NCBI GenBank assembly: GCA_002633005.1
Contig: NMRA01000005.1
Span: 1,098,101 to 1,162,100 of the forward strand
Direction: 5' to 3'
DNA length: 64,000 bases
DNA from: Phoronis australis
Lineage: Eukaryota > Animalia > Phoronida
In this document: positions 1 to 13,800 of the stretch, one piece after another
How positions within the stretch are numbered: position 1 is the first letter of the stretch
Layout of the letters: the number at the start of each line of letters is the position of its first letter
The notes under the pieces: model-generated
Told to the model about the DNA's origin: nothing
The model's input: the letters and a program-made list of their open reading frames with translations, nothing else
Database searches by the model: none
Made by a program: the position numbers and the translations under genes

Positions 1-443
1 GGTAACTTACCAACCCTTCAAGTTTACAGAGCTGCCGGAGTATTGGCTGACAGCTGGCTGACTGGATGGCTAGAGTCCACATTGCCCTCGGCACAGTCAC
101 TGACACCAGTTGCACCGGCAAATTTTCGTCTGACGATGACGATGACTGGGTATCACTTTGTGTTGCCTCGGCTCAAACAGGTATCCCTGTTGACCCGACA
201 TTTCACACTAAAATTTCTTATTCCGACAATATGAAGAACGCTACTTGATTGCACGCTAACACAGGACAGTGACTTTGCCCCCGCCAAATACGTCACGAGA
301 CTAAGCAGCGCTCCAAGCCGGTAATTTTTTTAGCTTCTTTAGAGAATATAAGTTTAATTTTTGGTGTTGAATTATTTGTGAAATTAATCAACAATTCATA
401 GAAAACTATCCAGAATTTATTCAGAATAAATTACAGTTCCCTT
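1..443. mobile_element. Right end of a Kolobok-type non-autonomous DNA transposon (second copy of 31956-33555; left part lies outside the window)
   Basis: Near-identical (a few SNPs and small indels) to 33121-33555; ends TACAGTTCCCTT followed by TTAA (444-447), after which similarity stops. Confidence 0.8.
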
Positions 444-790
444 TTAACCAATGAGAAGCCATGTTGAACAACCTTCGTCAGTACTACCTTTCGTAGCATA
501 GTGAAATAGTGTAGCTGGTTAATTTTTTCATTCCAACTTAGCTTAGCTTGTTCTTTGGCACACACGGATGAAGTAATATGGTGCAACCACTGACGCAGCT
601 CGTCGACCTATGTAAACAATACTTCCCGAACCGCCTCACTTCACGTTTTGTGGGTGTACTTAAAAGAAAGAGTTTGCACATAAAAAGCTCAAACAATATC
701 TGATCTATAGACAGCATTCATGAGACATTACTAGCATACCATATAATGTGTTGGGCAATGCAGTGGTTTACCTGACAAATAGAACCGAAG

Positions 791-832
791 CAGGGGCGGA
801 TCCAGGATTTTGAGTTGGGGGGGGCAGGGCAC
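791..832 (+). mobile_element. Terminal fragment of a hAT-like MITE family (CAGGGGCGGATCCAGGATTTTGAGTTGGGG)
   Basis: The same ~30-mer starts the elements at 18922 and 62334. Confidence 0.6.
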
Positions 833-2521
833 ATGAATAATCAGAATTTAGCCACATGCGCGCGCATTTGAAAAATGCATTTTCACAGGTTTGGTGAGTA
901 AAAACGACCACGCATAGGCTATCCTGTCAGCAAGAAAAGTTAAAAAGGGAGCTAAACTAGGTTTGAATTATTAACAGATATTAACAACGACTTTCCCATC
1001 CAACTTTCTAAAACAACGTAATGCTCTGCAAGCCTCGTCCAAACCTGGACGTTTACTAAACGGGTAAGCGTGACCTTCGCTGTCGGCGAGATGCACGACA
1101 ATTGAGATGAAGGACCTTACACCATGAGCAAAATATCCATTCTGTGACACAGCGAATATGTGTTTTTATTCGAATCCTTTTTATCACTCCAATGAGACGT
1201 TAATGGTGTATTAGTAGTCTGAACAAAGCTGGTTGAAATCCACAAAATAGGGTTTAGTATCCTTTTAAATACATCTATTTCAATTTATTTTTTTGGTTGA
1301 AATATGCCCCATGAATGTTGAGACATCCTGTACAAATAGATAATGAAGACTTTGTCTTGAAGATTTCTGTAAGGTTAATCCGATAAGCCTTAGGACTTTG
1401 AAATTCACACCAGACCTACGGATAAGTGTCGTCTGCAGCGCACGTGAATATTCCAGCGTAACAGTGAAGAAACCTTACACTTATAATACAGCCTTAGGCG
1501 CGAGTGGGATTTATTGAATGCACTGCTTTCCTTTTACCCGTTTAGAACACAGAAAAAGTTTCACCAACTAAAGTGGAGATATTTCGTGAATTGCAGTCCT
1601 CCATGTATGTAGATGCGCCTTGTTAAAAATTCAAGGAATGAAGTTCAGAGCCGTTCAAGTAGTGGCCATTTTGTTGGCGCACCGCCAGAAATTAAAAGCT
1701 GGATGGAAATTTAGTATTTTTTCTAATTATTTTTAAAACGTTTAATTTCGTGTTTAAGGAACATAATTACTTGCAGCGCCTCTGTCGTACTCATCAAAAC
1801 CAGTTCACCGACAAACAAGCCTTGTTATAGTGCACCCAAAAAACACAGCTCCTGGCTGAAATACACGTCGGGTGAATGACCGACGCACAAAATCAGGATT
1901 TTTATGGTATTTGTGTGCTTTGAGCTCGTTTTATAAGGTCAGTGCTTGTACACAGTTTATTTCAGACCTTACTAACGCAAATTGGCCCTTGTGTCCAAAT
2001 TGTTTGCCCGTTACACCAGGGCCAGGGGTCACCAGCGATCTTTCATCCATATTCAACCCGTTCGTCAGATGAACGTCAGTCACAAGCCAACGATATCAAA
2101 AAAGATTTGATAGATCGTCGAAAATGGCAGCATATTCTTTTGATTATCTCGGCATATTTCCTTAAAGTCCTTGTCTCACGCGTTGTTAACCCTTATTACA
2201 TGGTTAGAAGATGTTATAAGGATCCAAGAAGTACCTACCCCATAACTAATACACGATCCGTACTCGAAAACAGTTTAAATAAACGCGCCACTCACGATTC
2301 GCACCCGAAGAAACACCGCCATTTTGAACTTGCCGCGAACCCGGAAGTACAATTCATTCAGGAACCCAGGCCGAGAAAACGCCGTCAGTGCGACTGGAGC
2401 AGTGCCTGTACTGTTACCAGCCAGCAAACGGGGATAAAAAAATCGACAGCGCGCCTTAATTTTGATAAAATCAAACTACGGACAATTTCATGGAATTTGC
2501 TGAAGAAATGTGGCGAATAAA

Positions 2522-2881
2522 NNNNNNNNNNNNNNNNNNNNNNNNNNNNNNNNNNNNNNNNNNNNNNNNNNNNNNNNNNNNNNNNNNNNNNNNNNNNNNN
2601 NNNNNNNNNNNNNNNNNNNNNNNNNNNNNNNNNNNNNNNNNNNNNNNNNNNNNNNNNNNNNNNNNNNNNNNNNNNNNNNNNNNNNNNNNNNNNNNNNNNN
2701 NNNNNNNNNNNNNNNNNNNNNNNNNNNNNNNNNNNNNNNNNNNNNNNNNNNNNNNNNNNNNNNNNNNNNNNNNNNNNNNNNNNNNNNNNNNNNNNNNNNN
2801 NNNNNNNNNNNNNNNNNNNNNNNNNNNNNNNNNNNNNNNNNNNNNNNNNNNNNNNNNNNNNNNNNNNNNNNNNNNNNNNNN
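2522..2881. other. Assembly gap (360 N)
   Basis: Run of N. Confidence 1.
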
Positions 2882-5800
2882 AAAAAAAATTGGTTCGACC
2901 CATATTGGTTCCTAGGTTCGACCGGCCTACGTAAGGAACTAAACACCAATGCTATTTTAACATACTAAGTACGCGTAACATTCCAAAAAAATCAACGACC
3001 ACTAACTACAAACTATAAATACACTACATATGCAAACGAATCACGATATATTACTAATAAAACAAAATAATGAAGACTTTTCGAGCAAGCCATAGCACAT
3101 TCAGTTACAAGGAAAAAATGGCGGCGTTCAGGACAAGTTCCTGAACTGATGAGCCGGAAATGTGGGTACGGAAATAACCGATGACAACCGGTAATCATAC
3201 GCTCAGAGAGAAGGGTCAAATACTGTTACAAAATCGCTTTTGGCAAAAAAGGCGAAAAGAATATAAAGAAAGGGTGTCGAAAATAAGAATTTATGTAGTA
3301 AGTATTTTCGGATACTGGAACCACATGGGCAGTTTGCAACAAGGACTTTAATGAAACTCAAAGATTGCCTTTTCGTAGTCGAAATGTTTTAGCTTAGTTC
3401 AAATCCAATGTTTTTCCTGTTATAAATCATGGTAGCCTATCACAAAGCTTCATTTTGTCGTAAACTAATTGAAGATACCCGAACTAGACGATGTCTACTT
3501 ACGAATTTCAAAAGCACTTTTGGTTTGAGATCTGCAATTGTTATTTTTATGCAAATATAACGTAAGTACATTAGTAACATAATAATAAACACAGAAAGCT
3601 GTATGACGAAATCATAGTGGTCAAAAATCAAAGTAAAAACTTTTGGATACTAGAAAGTGTCGTGTGTGCATGTGTGTTTCGAACACGGTTTATCAAAACA
3701 CAGACTGGCACTTGTTTACATAATGATAAGAAATCCGATGCTTTTGTTTAGTTACAGAACTGGATTAAAAAACAATTCAAAGTTAAACTACAATCACAGC
3801 TGGCACAGATATTTTGCGTGATTCCTGGAATTTAGACAAGTCTTTTAAGACTGCTTTTAAAAGGTACTGCTTTATCCTGGCGAGGACAGTGCCTATTTTT
3901 AACGAAATTTCGGAGAAAATTGTCCCAGTCGGAGAAAAACCATGTTGTAACTAAAACAAACGATGTCCGTCCAGATTGGGTGACATTAGATTTCAAAATT
4001 TGCACTGTACCTCTAATAACCCCATTTGTGAGAAAATATTTCCTTCGACCGCCTACCGAATATCGTACGAAAAGTGCTCTCATGCCTAAGGTAGACAAGG
4101 TTTACAAGACCTATTTCTGGGTCGTCAAAATTGTCGAATGACAAAAATTGAAATAACTCCGTTAAATGAAATGATTTTCTGTCAGAGGTACATGTATCAG
4201 TCTCGAACTCGAAGCCATCACCACTTCTTTTAATGTCAGCGCTGTTGAAAACAGGGTGAATGGTCACTAAAATGTGTACATTACAGCACTTCACGTATTT
4301 AACTTTTTACTATCAAGTTTTCAAAGTGACATCTGGCGTCATTCAACTTCGCCAGCCACCTGCGTCGCGCCATCACTAGAGATTTGAAAAGGGAAGTGAA
4401 AAGTTCTTCACTTATAATTTGTGTTTGTCCTTGGGTGTGAAAAGAAATGAAGATTTCAACCTATCATTTGAAATTTCCTATTACGAAGTATATAACAAAA
4501 ATGAAGCGGAAATGGTATCCAAGTGGCTCCAACTGATGTTCGCAGTGAAAGCGTCTTAGACGCTTTTTAGTCAGCATTTTTATCGACTTGCTTGAAACGC
4601 TGACACAAATTTACAGTAAAACACCCCCAAAATGTCATTTAAGGCTTCTTCGCACCTTCATTTTGTGCTTTGAAGCCAACGGTCGCGCTGTCGTCAGCCA
4701 ATCACTTGGTAGGACAAAATGAGTCATGGTAGCTAAGTCTCCTCCTAAAACACCGTCTGATAATTCCACCACGGGACGAAGCATTTCATCGTTTTGCCCT
4801 CGGGTCGAAAAAAGACTTTGACGTAGGAGGCCAATTTGCCTATTACTGCTTGCAGTCAAATAGCTTAACAACTCACTGAGGAGTTATCCATGCGAAAATC
4901 ACCAACTTGTTTCTCGAATGACCGACAACATGACCTTATAACAAGTTGATGACGCCGCTCGGTAGTTTTACGTTACCAATTCAACACAATTAGCTATCAG
5001 TTCCTCAGTCAGCAGAAATGTTGTAAAAGCTGACTTTTTTAGATAATTGACTCTGTTGGGGTGGAACGCGTTTGGTTGGGGAGGCTACAACTAAACTAAC
5101 CACAGCGTAGCTCTGGTGGGGGTAAACCCGAGGTTGTTGGCGACCTGAGGGGCTGGAATGAGTGGCAACGTGGAGGCAATTTGCAATGAACAGTTTCACA
5201 ATCGGACAAACGCAAAAATTGAAATGACTGACGACCAAGGGGTGGTCAGCTTGCATTAAAGAAGGGGGGCCATGGCCTAGTTGCGCCCCTCCCCTGCCCC
5301 TTGCCGCTATACTTGTGCAGCACAGTGTTTTGGCGAACCGAAGTCCCAGAAAATATGCAGTCGCTTTTAAAGTGAAACAATCACGTTCCGGACATCATAG
5401 TAGTGGTTGGTTACAACTGTCTGCGTAGTGATATACGTGTATCATATGGTTATTTAAGGAAACTGGAACCTGTTTTAGGTCAAACTAGTTAGTAACAAAT
5501 TGGTTACTTTTGGATAGAGTGTGGAAAATAGACCATCTAGATACGCGAATCTAAGTGAAATGTTATTGGAATTCTTCAGGCGAAGGAAGTATCTTCGATA
5601 ACTATTACGTCACGAATCCCTGACCCGTGCTCCTAGCCACGGGGGTGCGACAGGCACGAACGCTTCCCCTACCGGAAGCTGAGGACTGCTTAAGCCATCG
5701 ACCATGGGAATTTCCGTGAAGACTGCCTCATCCTTAGCCCGAGCAATTTTTTTCTAAGCAACTTAAAAAGAAAGCGTACATCGTATTTTTGCTCGTAATT

Positions 5801-6803
5801 TCCAATTAACTGAGAAACTGAATCCAATGTATATACGATACCATTATATGGTGAGTAAGAAACTCGTTACAGATTGACAAGGATTTTTACCTCTTTCTGA
5901 GGAAAAACACTAATCAAAAATCGAACATCACATGATGACTGACTTAAAAAGTTGAAAATTTGAGGAAACTTACATATTAGACACGGGGGGTATAGAATGT
6001 TTTTAGGTGCAACCAAACATTTGAAAAAAATGTATAAGCCTCGAAAACGGCTTGTAGGTGGCATTTTTGTCATGTCCGTGGGGGCTCCGAGAACCTCCTG
6101 GACCCCTAAGTCCTCCTATGTAAGATGGAAATTTAGGATGATATATTTAGGGTAGATCAAATCAGCATGAAGGTTAGTTGAGCTGGGCATGAGTCTGAAA
6201 TGTTTAGTAAATTTCTGTGCCGTTGTGATCCACTGAAAGAGTAAGGGAGCATTTCGTTTTACTCTATCTACTCAGACATAAACGATAACTAAACACTTTC
6301 ACACTATCCCCAAAAACGTCATTCGAGCGTATACAGTTAAAAGGGGAATCAAAAAGCCAATACGTTTGACGGAGTTAACCAACCCGCCTACAATAGACAT
6401 TTTGCGAAATATTATGCAAGATGGATTTTGATCCCACTTCCCTTAACGTCATGGTGCTACTAAATAGCGAGAATTCCCTTGAGGTTTGCAAGACCGCGTG
6501 TTAGTTTCCCACGTGCAGTTACATAGCAAAATAGCAATTTGATTTTCTCTCACTTTTCTGCTAAGTTTGAGACCACGCAGGCTGTCTATTGGACTATGTC
6601 AAGCTAATAGCGGCTGGGGAAACCCCGGGGGGGCTTTCATTTCCATTTGTTAGTAGAATGGCATAGCAGGTCTGGAATGAAATGAGCCTTTGAAGTTATA
6701 AACTAAAGCCATCAGTCTGAAACTGGCCTAACTGTTGATTTTGTGACTATTTTTTCAACTATCTCTTTTATTTGTATTTTATCCTTTATTAATTTCAGAG
6801 GAG

Positions 6804-6886
6804 GCAGTGTGGCCGTGGCCTAGTGTGAAAGGTGCCCGCTTTCTTTGCTCGAGGTCGAGGGTTCGAGTCTCACTGGGCCACACTGC
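6804..6886 (+). mobile_element. tRNA-derived (Pol III) SINE head or tRNA pseudogene
   Basis: A-box-like TGGCCTAGTG and B-box GGTTCGAGTC at tRNA spacing, enclosed by a perfect 11-bp stem GCAGTGTGGCC/GGCCACACTGC; no clean anticodon arm. Confidence 0.6.
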
Positions 6887-7288
6887 TAGACCCTCGAGTC
6901 ACGTTTCTGAGCTCATCATTTCGGTTTAACTATATATCAATGAAGCACAAAATGGCTCCAGGTGATCAGTTCAATGGGTCCACATGGGTGGCCTGCGCAC
7001 GATTGATATGACGTGTACCAGACCGCCTGCGATTATTTATATTTTATAACTTTGAACAATCAATACAAATGTAATACAGTATTAGCCTAATCTGTTCTTT
7101 CATATTGGGATTAAAAATTTATAAGACATATACCAAAGTATCAAGGCTTTCATGCGTTACGTTTATTTGTTCGCGGCTAAAACAAGGTACACGTTCTTTT
7201 TTGATTCTGGAGCATTTGAGACTTTGTAACGTGGAGTGCAAATATATGCGTAGTCGGGACCGGAGGGGGGAGGGGAGCAAAGCACAAG

Positions 7289-7367
7289 CATGGGCGGCGC
7301 AGCACTGAAATAAGTGGGGGCTATAGCCCCCCTCCCCTCCCCAACCCCCTATGGTGCGCCGCCCATG
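7289..7367. mobile_element. 79-bp miniature inverted-repeat element (hAT-like termini)
   Basis: Perfect 13-bp TIR CATGGGCGGCGCA / TGCGCCGCCCATG; no target-site duplication seen. Confidence 0.55.
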
Positions 7368-8137
7368 AAAAGGCCCGTTTATCACAATTTCGCACCAACC
7401 CAATCAATAGCAGGCTACTGGCATGTGACCCAAGCCAATACCAGATGTGCTTTTTTAAACATATGCAATATTGGCTCAGTACTTGACACTTTAAACATAG
7501 CGTAAGTCCGTTCGAGTTCAAAATCACTCACACAAATTTTGTTAACCGATTACTGGTTGGCACGTGCACGTTTATTGTGGCAGTTCACGAACTTCACGAC
7601 GTGTGAATATTTCTTCAACGAGTATATGTTTAATTGTGATTGATTTCACATGGAGGTTCCCGGGGTCGGAATTTCAAATTTAGACTAATTTTGCACCATG
7701 TTTTCATTAGCAAGGTGAAAACCTGAGTGCCCTAACACGTGTGCATTCCTCCACTGTGCCAAGAAATTGAGCTGCCTGAGTTGTCTAAGTACGGCAGATG
7801 AATGAAAATAAACTTGAATGGTTTCCCAAGGGAATAAAAATTGAACATCAGATCAACATTCTCACAGCTTAGTCATGACAATTTCTTGCCATCATTTCAA
7901 AATTGCCCTGACGCATACGTCACACCCCCGTACGTCCTCCTTTCCATGTGTCATTTTCCACTAGATGTAATAAAGCATTACACTTTGACCAATTGAAATG
8001 TCTGGTAATAATTGTGTTATCATCAGTTAACGGACATTCTCGACGAGAAAGGGAATTTTATAGATATAAGAATCGGGCTCTCTGGCTCCGCAGTTGCTGC
8101 CATTCACGCTCTGCTGTGGAGCCAAAGGAGAGAAAAA

Positions 8138-8375
8138 CATGCGCGTATCCAGGGGGGGGGCTCTGGGGCTCGAACGACCCCCCCATTTGCCGAAATCCGG
8201 GGCAAAAAGGTCCGCCTCAGAGAAACAAAAAGTCCGAAAAGGGAGAAAACGAGACAAAAGCCCACTAAAAAGGCGGGAACTATCAAAATTCGGCGAATGC
8301 ACAACTCGTAGCTCTGAACGTACCCCGTTTTTTAGTAAAAGGTCCACATTCTCAGAAATTCGAGCCCTTCATTTT
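8138..8375. mobile_element. GC-rich MITE fragment (CATGCGCGTATCCAGGGGGG start), hAT-like
   Basis: Terminus resembles the CAGGGGCGGATCCAGG family; matching right end not found. Confidence 0.35.
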
Positions 8376-10470
8376 TAGGCTGGGTGCGCTTTGTGCAACC
8401 TTGAGCATTTTTTGTAATTCAAGATGGCGACATCCGCTTTTTTGAATTCTCCCTACTTTCTATCTTCTGAACAGTAGGAGCTTGCAATGTATCGTTTATA
8501 GTGTTTTCTGGAATGTAGAGTCAATTTATAGTGTTATTTTTTGGATGCAAGGACGAACTCAAGGTCAACTGATAGGTCAAAGGTCAAGTTGACCTGAAAT
8601 TAGGAAAATATACTTCTTTTGTCGGGTGAAGTGTTAAACGTAAGGACAATGTTACATTAACTTCCTTCGATTTACTCCATGATTCCATAATGTTAAGGAT
8701 AAGGAGTTGCAAAATACTTGAATAAGATACTCTACCAACATCTCAATAACCGAAGTCACAATTTTACGTGTCCTTTGCGAATAAGAACATGTGTATTCAT
8801 GCATTCTGAACTATGCGTCTGTAACTTCCACATGTTACGTGTAGGCCTATGTGCACATTCTCGTTCTGTTTTAATATTTAGTTGTTACGACTAAGTTAAT
8901 TGTGAAAGAAATGACTACTTGAGACCGCTCTCTATAAGTGAAGTCGCAATATTGATCGTCCTGCATAATTATTCAACACAACATATGGTCTATGCATTTA
9001 TGTCTTGTGCTCGTGAATTATTGCAATCAACATCAATTTATATGCAACTTTAATGTGCATATTCGAGCAAAGATTTAGGGAATAGCATTGATACACCTGT
9101 AATTCCAATAAACAAGTTCATGTTTAGTCATTGTCCTCATCAGTGGCTTTTACCGTCTTGGGCGTCTACCTGTGTACCGTATGCAGCAGAACTCCCATGT
9201 CTCTCACAAGTAATAGTCTGTGTAGGAAAGGCCAGTGCTGTTCCAACCGCAACGTGTGTAGCTACATGTCCTTTTACGGTACTGCAGCTGCAGCTCACTA
9301 CATCCAGTGGAGCCTGGGCGCAACAGGCACAGTTGAAGTGACCGACGTTACCACAGAGTTGTCGATTCTTCAATCAAAGCAGGAGATAAGTATATTTTAC
9401 GGTGTTTGTCGGTGGTCAGATGTCTTCCACGGCAACGTCTGAAGCTATGTTCAGAGCACGTGCCCTGAACATACCCTCAATGCGGACGTTGGCATCAGTA
9501 GGTGGCATTTCATTGAATGCACCTTTTTTCTTCGACAATTCTTTTACCCTAACAGCTGCAAATAAAACGCATAATGCAGTTTCCTAAAACTAAACGTGGG
9601 TCTTATCGAGCTCCGCCAGTACCTAGTTGAGCTCTGGAATGTTCGTTTCTAAAAGTTTGAAGCCTCTCAGCTTTCTCTTTCCGAAGGAACAGGACACTTT
9701 GTGTAGCCACCTGGCATTATATGAATTCTGAGAAGTTTGCTGCACTTTCAGGAGCCTAATATCTGAATTGTTCCGTTTATGTCCGACATATCGCCGTCCC
9801 ACGCTTTCATTTGAAAGTTTGCGTCAACTGGCATCCGTGATGAACAGTAAACCAAGAGCACGACAACGTCGGCGTCATCACTGAGGATTCTGGCGCCTTC
9901 TTCTACCTCTTTCAACATGTAGCTGCAGAGTGTGACGTCAGCTTGAGGATGGGTAACGACGTAGAGGCTGATCAGCTTGTATGCGGTCTTGACGTGCTTA
10001 ACCTTGAGCAGTTTGTTCTCACCATTTCCGGGAAGGCACTCACGATACAGTAGTTTTCACCCGGCCGGGTGGTCTCCAACCTTCTCTAAGTAAAAACTTA
10101 AATCTTCAAAAGTGTTGGCCTCACTCAGGCAGAAATTCAGCAGCAACACGGCTATGATGTGACTACACACCTACAGAATACTGGTCCAATTGTCTCCGTT
10201 GATTCTCACATTGGAAACTTCAGCAAACGCTAAGAATGGCTAAGATGATGATAGATGCCGTCATAAAACCCTGGAAACTCATTTTTGGTACAGTATACTA
10301 ATCTGCCAATATCAGTGTTTTGACGAAGTATCTTGAAGTGCTCAAGGTTGCACAAAGTGTAACCAAGCTAACGTTCTGCTTTTCATACATGTATTTAATA
10401 TACTTAAAAAAATTCATTAATTCAGATTGCCGAGTTCACATTTGGGATGGACCCGCAAAAAGATTGATCA
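8376..10470 (-). mobile_element. Decayed, internally deleted Academ (XPG-type) DNA transposon
   Basis: Perfect 19-bp inverted repeat CTTTGTGCAACCTTGAGCA near 8389 and 10340 (extends imperfectly to ~32 bp) enclosing XPG/PIN-like and Cys-rich coding remnants; outer ends approximate, no TSD found. Confidence 0.65.
9140..10080 (-). pseudogene. Academ protein C-terminal remnant (XPG/PIN-like nuclease motifs + Cys-rich finger) with stops and frameshifts
   Basis: Minus-strand translation gives VVTHPQADVTLCSY..ILSDDADVVVLLVY (degenerate HEEAD..SDDTDVFVLL), LGS*KCSKLL, MPPTDAN, LQTLPWKTSD, PVAP/LDVVSCSCS/RCGW..GLSYTDY in the expected order. Confidence 0.7.
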
Positions 10471-10724
10471 TAAAGACGCCGGTCTTGACTTCAGTTAATG
10501 TCTGGCAGACAAGTGCAAGAATTCGATTTGTAATAAAACCAGTCATACATAACAGATTTTGGTCAAAGCTTATAACTTGAGGAAGTTTGTCCATACTGCT
10601 GTTGTCTCGAAAATGCGTTTTTCGGTCGTAAAACCGATAATATCGCGTGTCACATGTACAGTGTTCACATGAAACAAAATGTTGTTTTTTAGTGGATACA
10701 CGACCAATTTTTATTCAACCTTCT

Positions 10725-10826
10725 ATGCGTGCGTTGTTGTACATGTACGTACGTGCGTGCCTGCATATGCGTGCGTGCGTGCGTGCGTGCGTGCATGCGT
10801 GCGTGCGTACGTGCGTGCGTGTGTGT
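10725..10826. repeat. (GCGT)n tetranucleotide microsatellite
   Basis: Imperfect GCGT run seen directly. Confidence 0.9.
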
Positions 10827-13800
10827 AGTTTAATTATCAAGGACTTCGTAAACGGTTGGCTGTATTTCATTTACTTCACTCGGTGTATAAGCGGTTGCAG
10901 CACAGAAGCAGTGACTTTTGACAAAACTTGTATTTTTTCCGCTTGACTCCAAGGAGTCGTTATCGACATAGGGTGTCAGGGACTACGAGTGGTTATTTAT
11001 GTTTGCATGAGTGGCGCAATTATAGAGTTGGCGACATCATGAAAGAAATACATTTTTTAATATTTCATGGATAATGGACCACACGAAGCGTTGCTAATCT
11101 TTCTCCACGAAACGCCTCGACATTTGAGGCGATTAAAGTTTCAATTACTTTTCATTCAACGTCTGCGTTTTGAAAACGTTGAGAAATTTAAGAACTTTGA
11201 AATGTAGATGGCCCTCTGTAGCGTCATTAAGTTGTCCATTCGGCAAAGGTTTTAACCGAGTCATATTTTTTCATCTGGGAAAATTGTTTACTGCGTCTAA
11301 AAGCCAATTACTGTGCATTACTCACAAACGAATTACATTATGTCAGTGGTGACAATTTTCACTTTCGAGTGTCAAATCTCCGGATACAACCTTCCCAGGT
11401 AGATTATTTTAAAATCTCACGTTTCGTACTTATTTCTAGACAGTCTAGTTTTCTAAAAGCACTCTCTCGTTGACATCGGACTTGCAGCACCAACTCCGAT
11501 GTCTGGTTCAGCTCAGTAGAACTGCCAAACAACATATCGTAGAAATGGACGGAAGACATTTCGCGAGTCCTCTCAAAAATAGCTCGGCAAAGAGACAATT
11601 TACGCGAAAGCGAATCAGATAAAGTTATCAAAAGGCAGAAATAGTAGCTTGCTTTTTCATTCCTTTAGTTTAAAAAAAAACCCGCATCTGATTACATGTG
11701 GAAATAACCTGATCGGATATCAATAAGATAACACACGCTGGTCAGGTTGGCTTACGAAGTAAATGGTAAAATTGACCTTCAGCGGATGGCATCCCAGGTT
11801 TGTGAGACGCAATCCAGAATCTAGAAAGTGTCACGCAGGCGATTGCTCGCGCAGTAAACAGGCACTTGATTTCGAATTAGTGCTACCTGTTTACTCTCAT
11901 CTATGATCTTTTGAAAAATTACTAAAACGAAGCGTTTTCTATCGACCGTTTATCTCCAGCGGTACGCGTTTGGAGGGCCACTGTCCCACAGTCCTTTGTT
12001 TATATGACGTCTCTCCATGAATATCCGTAAAAGGTCAATGCCCGGTCAATACGACGGCGAATGACAGCACCATCAGTTAAAAAGTGATATAGTGCGAGGT
12101 GAGGATGGGACTTTGTCGTACAGAATTCCTTGGTGCATCTGGGTATTAGTGCGCATGCCCTGAGTGGATGCCTGTCGTAGCCGGTAATAATGAGCCGGAA
12201 AGTTGTAGCGAATAGTTTTGTTATTTTAGTCAATTGTTTTGAAAACTGAGTGAGTCACAGAACACAAAATTGGGTGGAATGCATCGAATTAGTTTGCTGC
12301 AGCAGCCGCTAATCGCAAACTCCACAAAGGGATTTAGTGTTAACTTTCAAGAATATCCGAACTGTTACCTTCCAACCAATCGGAATGTTCCAATGTTTTT
12401 TCGTTTTTTAAACAAGAAGCCAAAGCTCCGCGTGCCACGAGAAGACGGTGTACGAGTCGGGTTGTTAGGACTTGCACGCGTTTATTGCTTTGTACCACCC
12501 CGTATTTTGTGGTCTCGCTTAGTTAGCGCAAACGTATACAACCTGCAACATTCATTGCGAGCACTTTGTTGTAAATACAAATTTCGTTTACTGGTGCAAA
12601 GGCACTCTGGGGTAAAAGAATTTCTGTATCTACCGAAAAGACTCGCAAATGTACCGAAAGCATCGATGCATTCTCAGTCAGACTGGTGACCTGAATTAGC
12701 CGTCATTTGTATTTCAAATGGTCCCATAAAGTTGCTGAGCTCTGATTTTGCCAGTTTTGATTGGTTTCGAATTATTTGGAATTGAAACTACGATACCATT
12801 TTACGAGTTTTCACAAAAATTCGATTTTTTACGTAGACTGAGATCACTGACAATTAAATGCCAATGTTCCATACTCTCCTGGTGACTCCGATTAATCTTT
12901 TCCGCGATTACTGTTAGAGAATGCAAGGATGGGAGACTTTGGGGATTTTTTTCTACCTGGATCAAAGGTCGTCATTCGTTTCCATGCATAACAAACACAG
13001 AATTGGGTTTAGTTTGAAATTCAACCGTCGTAGTCTCTAAACGAGTCGGGTCAAACAACTTAAACATGTGTCAGACTAAAACGCTTGACATGGATTAAAT
13101 TTTATGTGCCCAATTGATTTGGCCTTAAATATTGCGACGGACAGACACATTGAAACCCAACAGAGTAAATAGACCCATCCTCAATAGTTAAGATTCAAAC
13201 CGCCTGAACCGCAAAAGTTGAGTGGTCAAGCGTAAAACCCCTCTATAGGTTGTCCATTAGTACGGCTGTTAAGATTTGTAAAAATACATGAATACGCTCT
13301 AGAAATAAACTCTCGTATATTTACATTAGACTGTTCCGGTAAAGCGCGTTGAACACATACTGACTAGACGAGCGTGCTCAGGGCGCTGGTAGCGGAAACA
13401 TATCCTGCGGCCCCCCATACAGTCGTGACTCTGACCTCACAGTAGTTTTAGGGAATTTTCTACCCTAATCGCAGCAATTTCGAGATTTTACCCAGACTCA
13501 GTGGGTGTCCCCGGCTACAGACGCTGTTCAAATAAATGATGTGTGTTAAAACTGTTGCTGTGTTAAACCGAATGCAAATATATCAGTGGATAGTTTTTCA
13601 TTTTGCATTGCTCTTTGGTCGTAAAACATTTAATATATTAAAAAAGACCTGTTAGTTGGCAGGTTTGTTTCTTTCCGCTTTGATTATCGAAAGGAGTTCT
13701 CCCTGTACCATATAATCCATATATTTTGTAAATGGCAAATATGAGTTTGTACTCATTAATTACATTGAAGAATGATGTGTTTATCACAAGTTCTTGTTAC

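Noticed and set aside
1942-2520. 192-aa plus-strand ORF
   Set aside because: Non-ATG start, no recognisable motif, no convincing splice sites.
2385-2968. Four long ORFs
   Set aside because: Artefacts of translating through the N gap.
3857-6446. Other TTAA-RR starts (3857, 5454, 6337) as further Kolobok ends
   Set aside because: No convincing matching right-hand TIR found.
11990-12700. Possible old transposase remnant or the 139-aa ORF at 12270
   Set aside because: Only vague Cys/His hints on the minus strand; no ordered motif set could be confirmed by eye.
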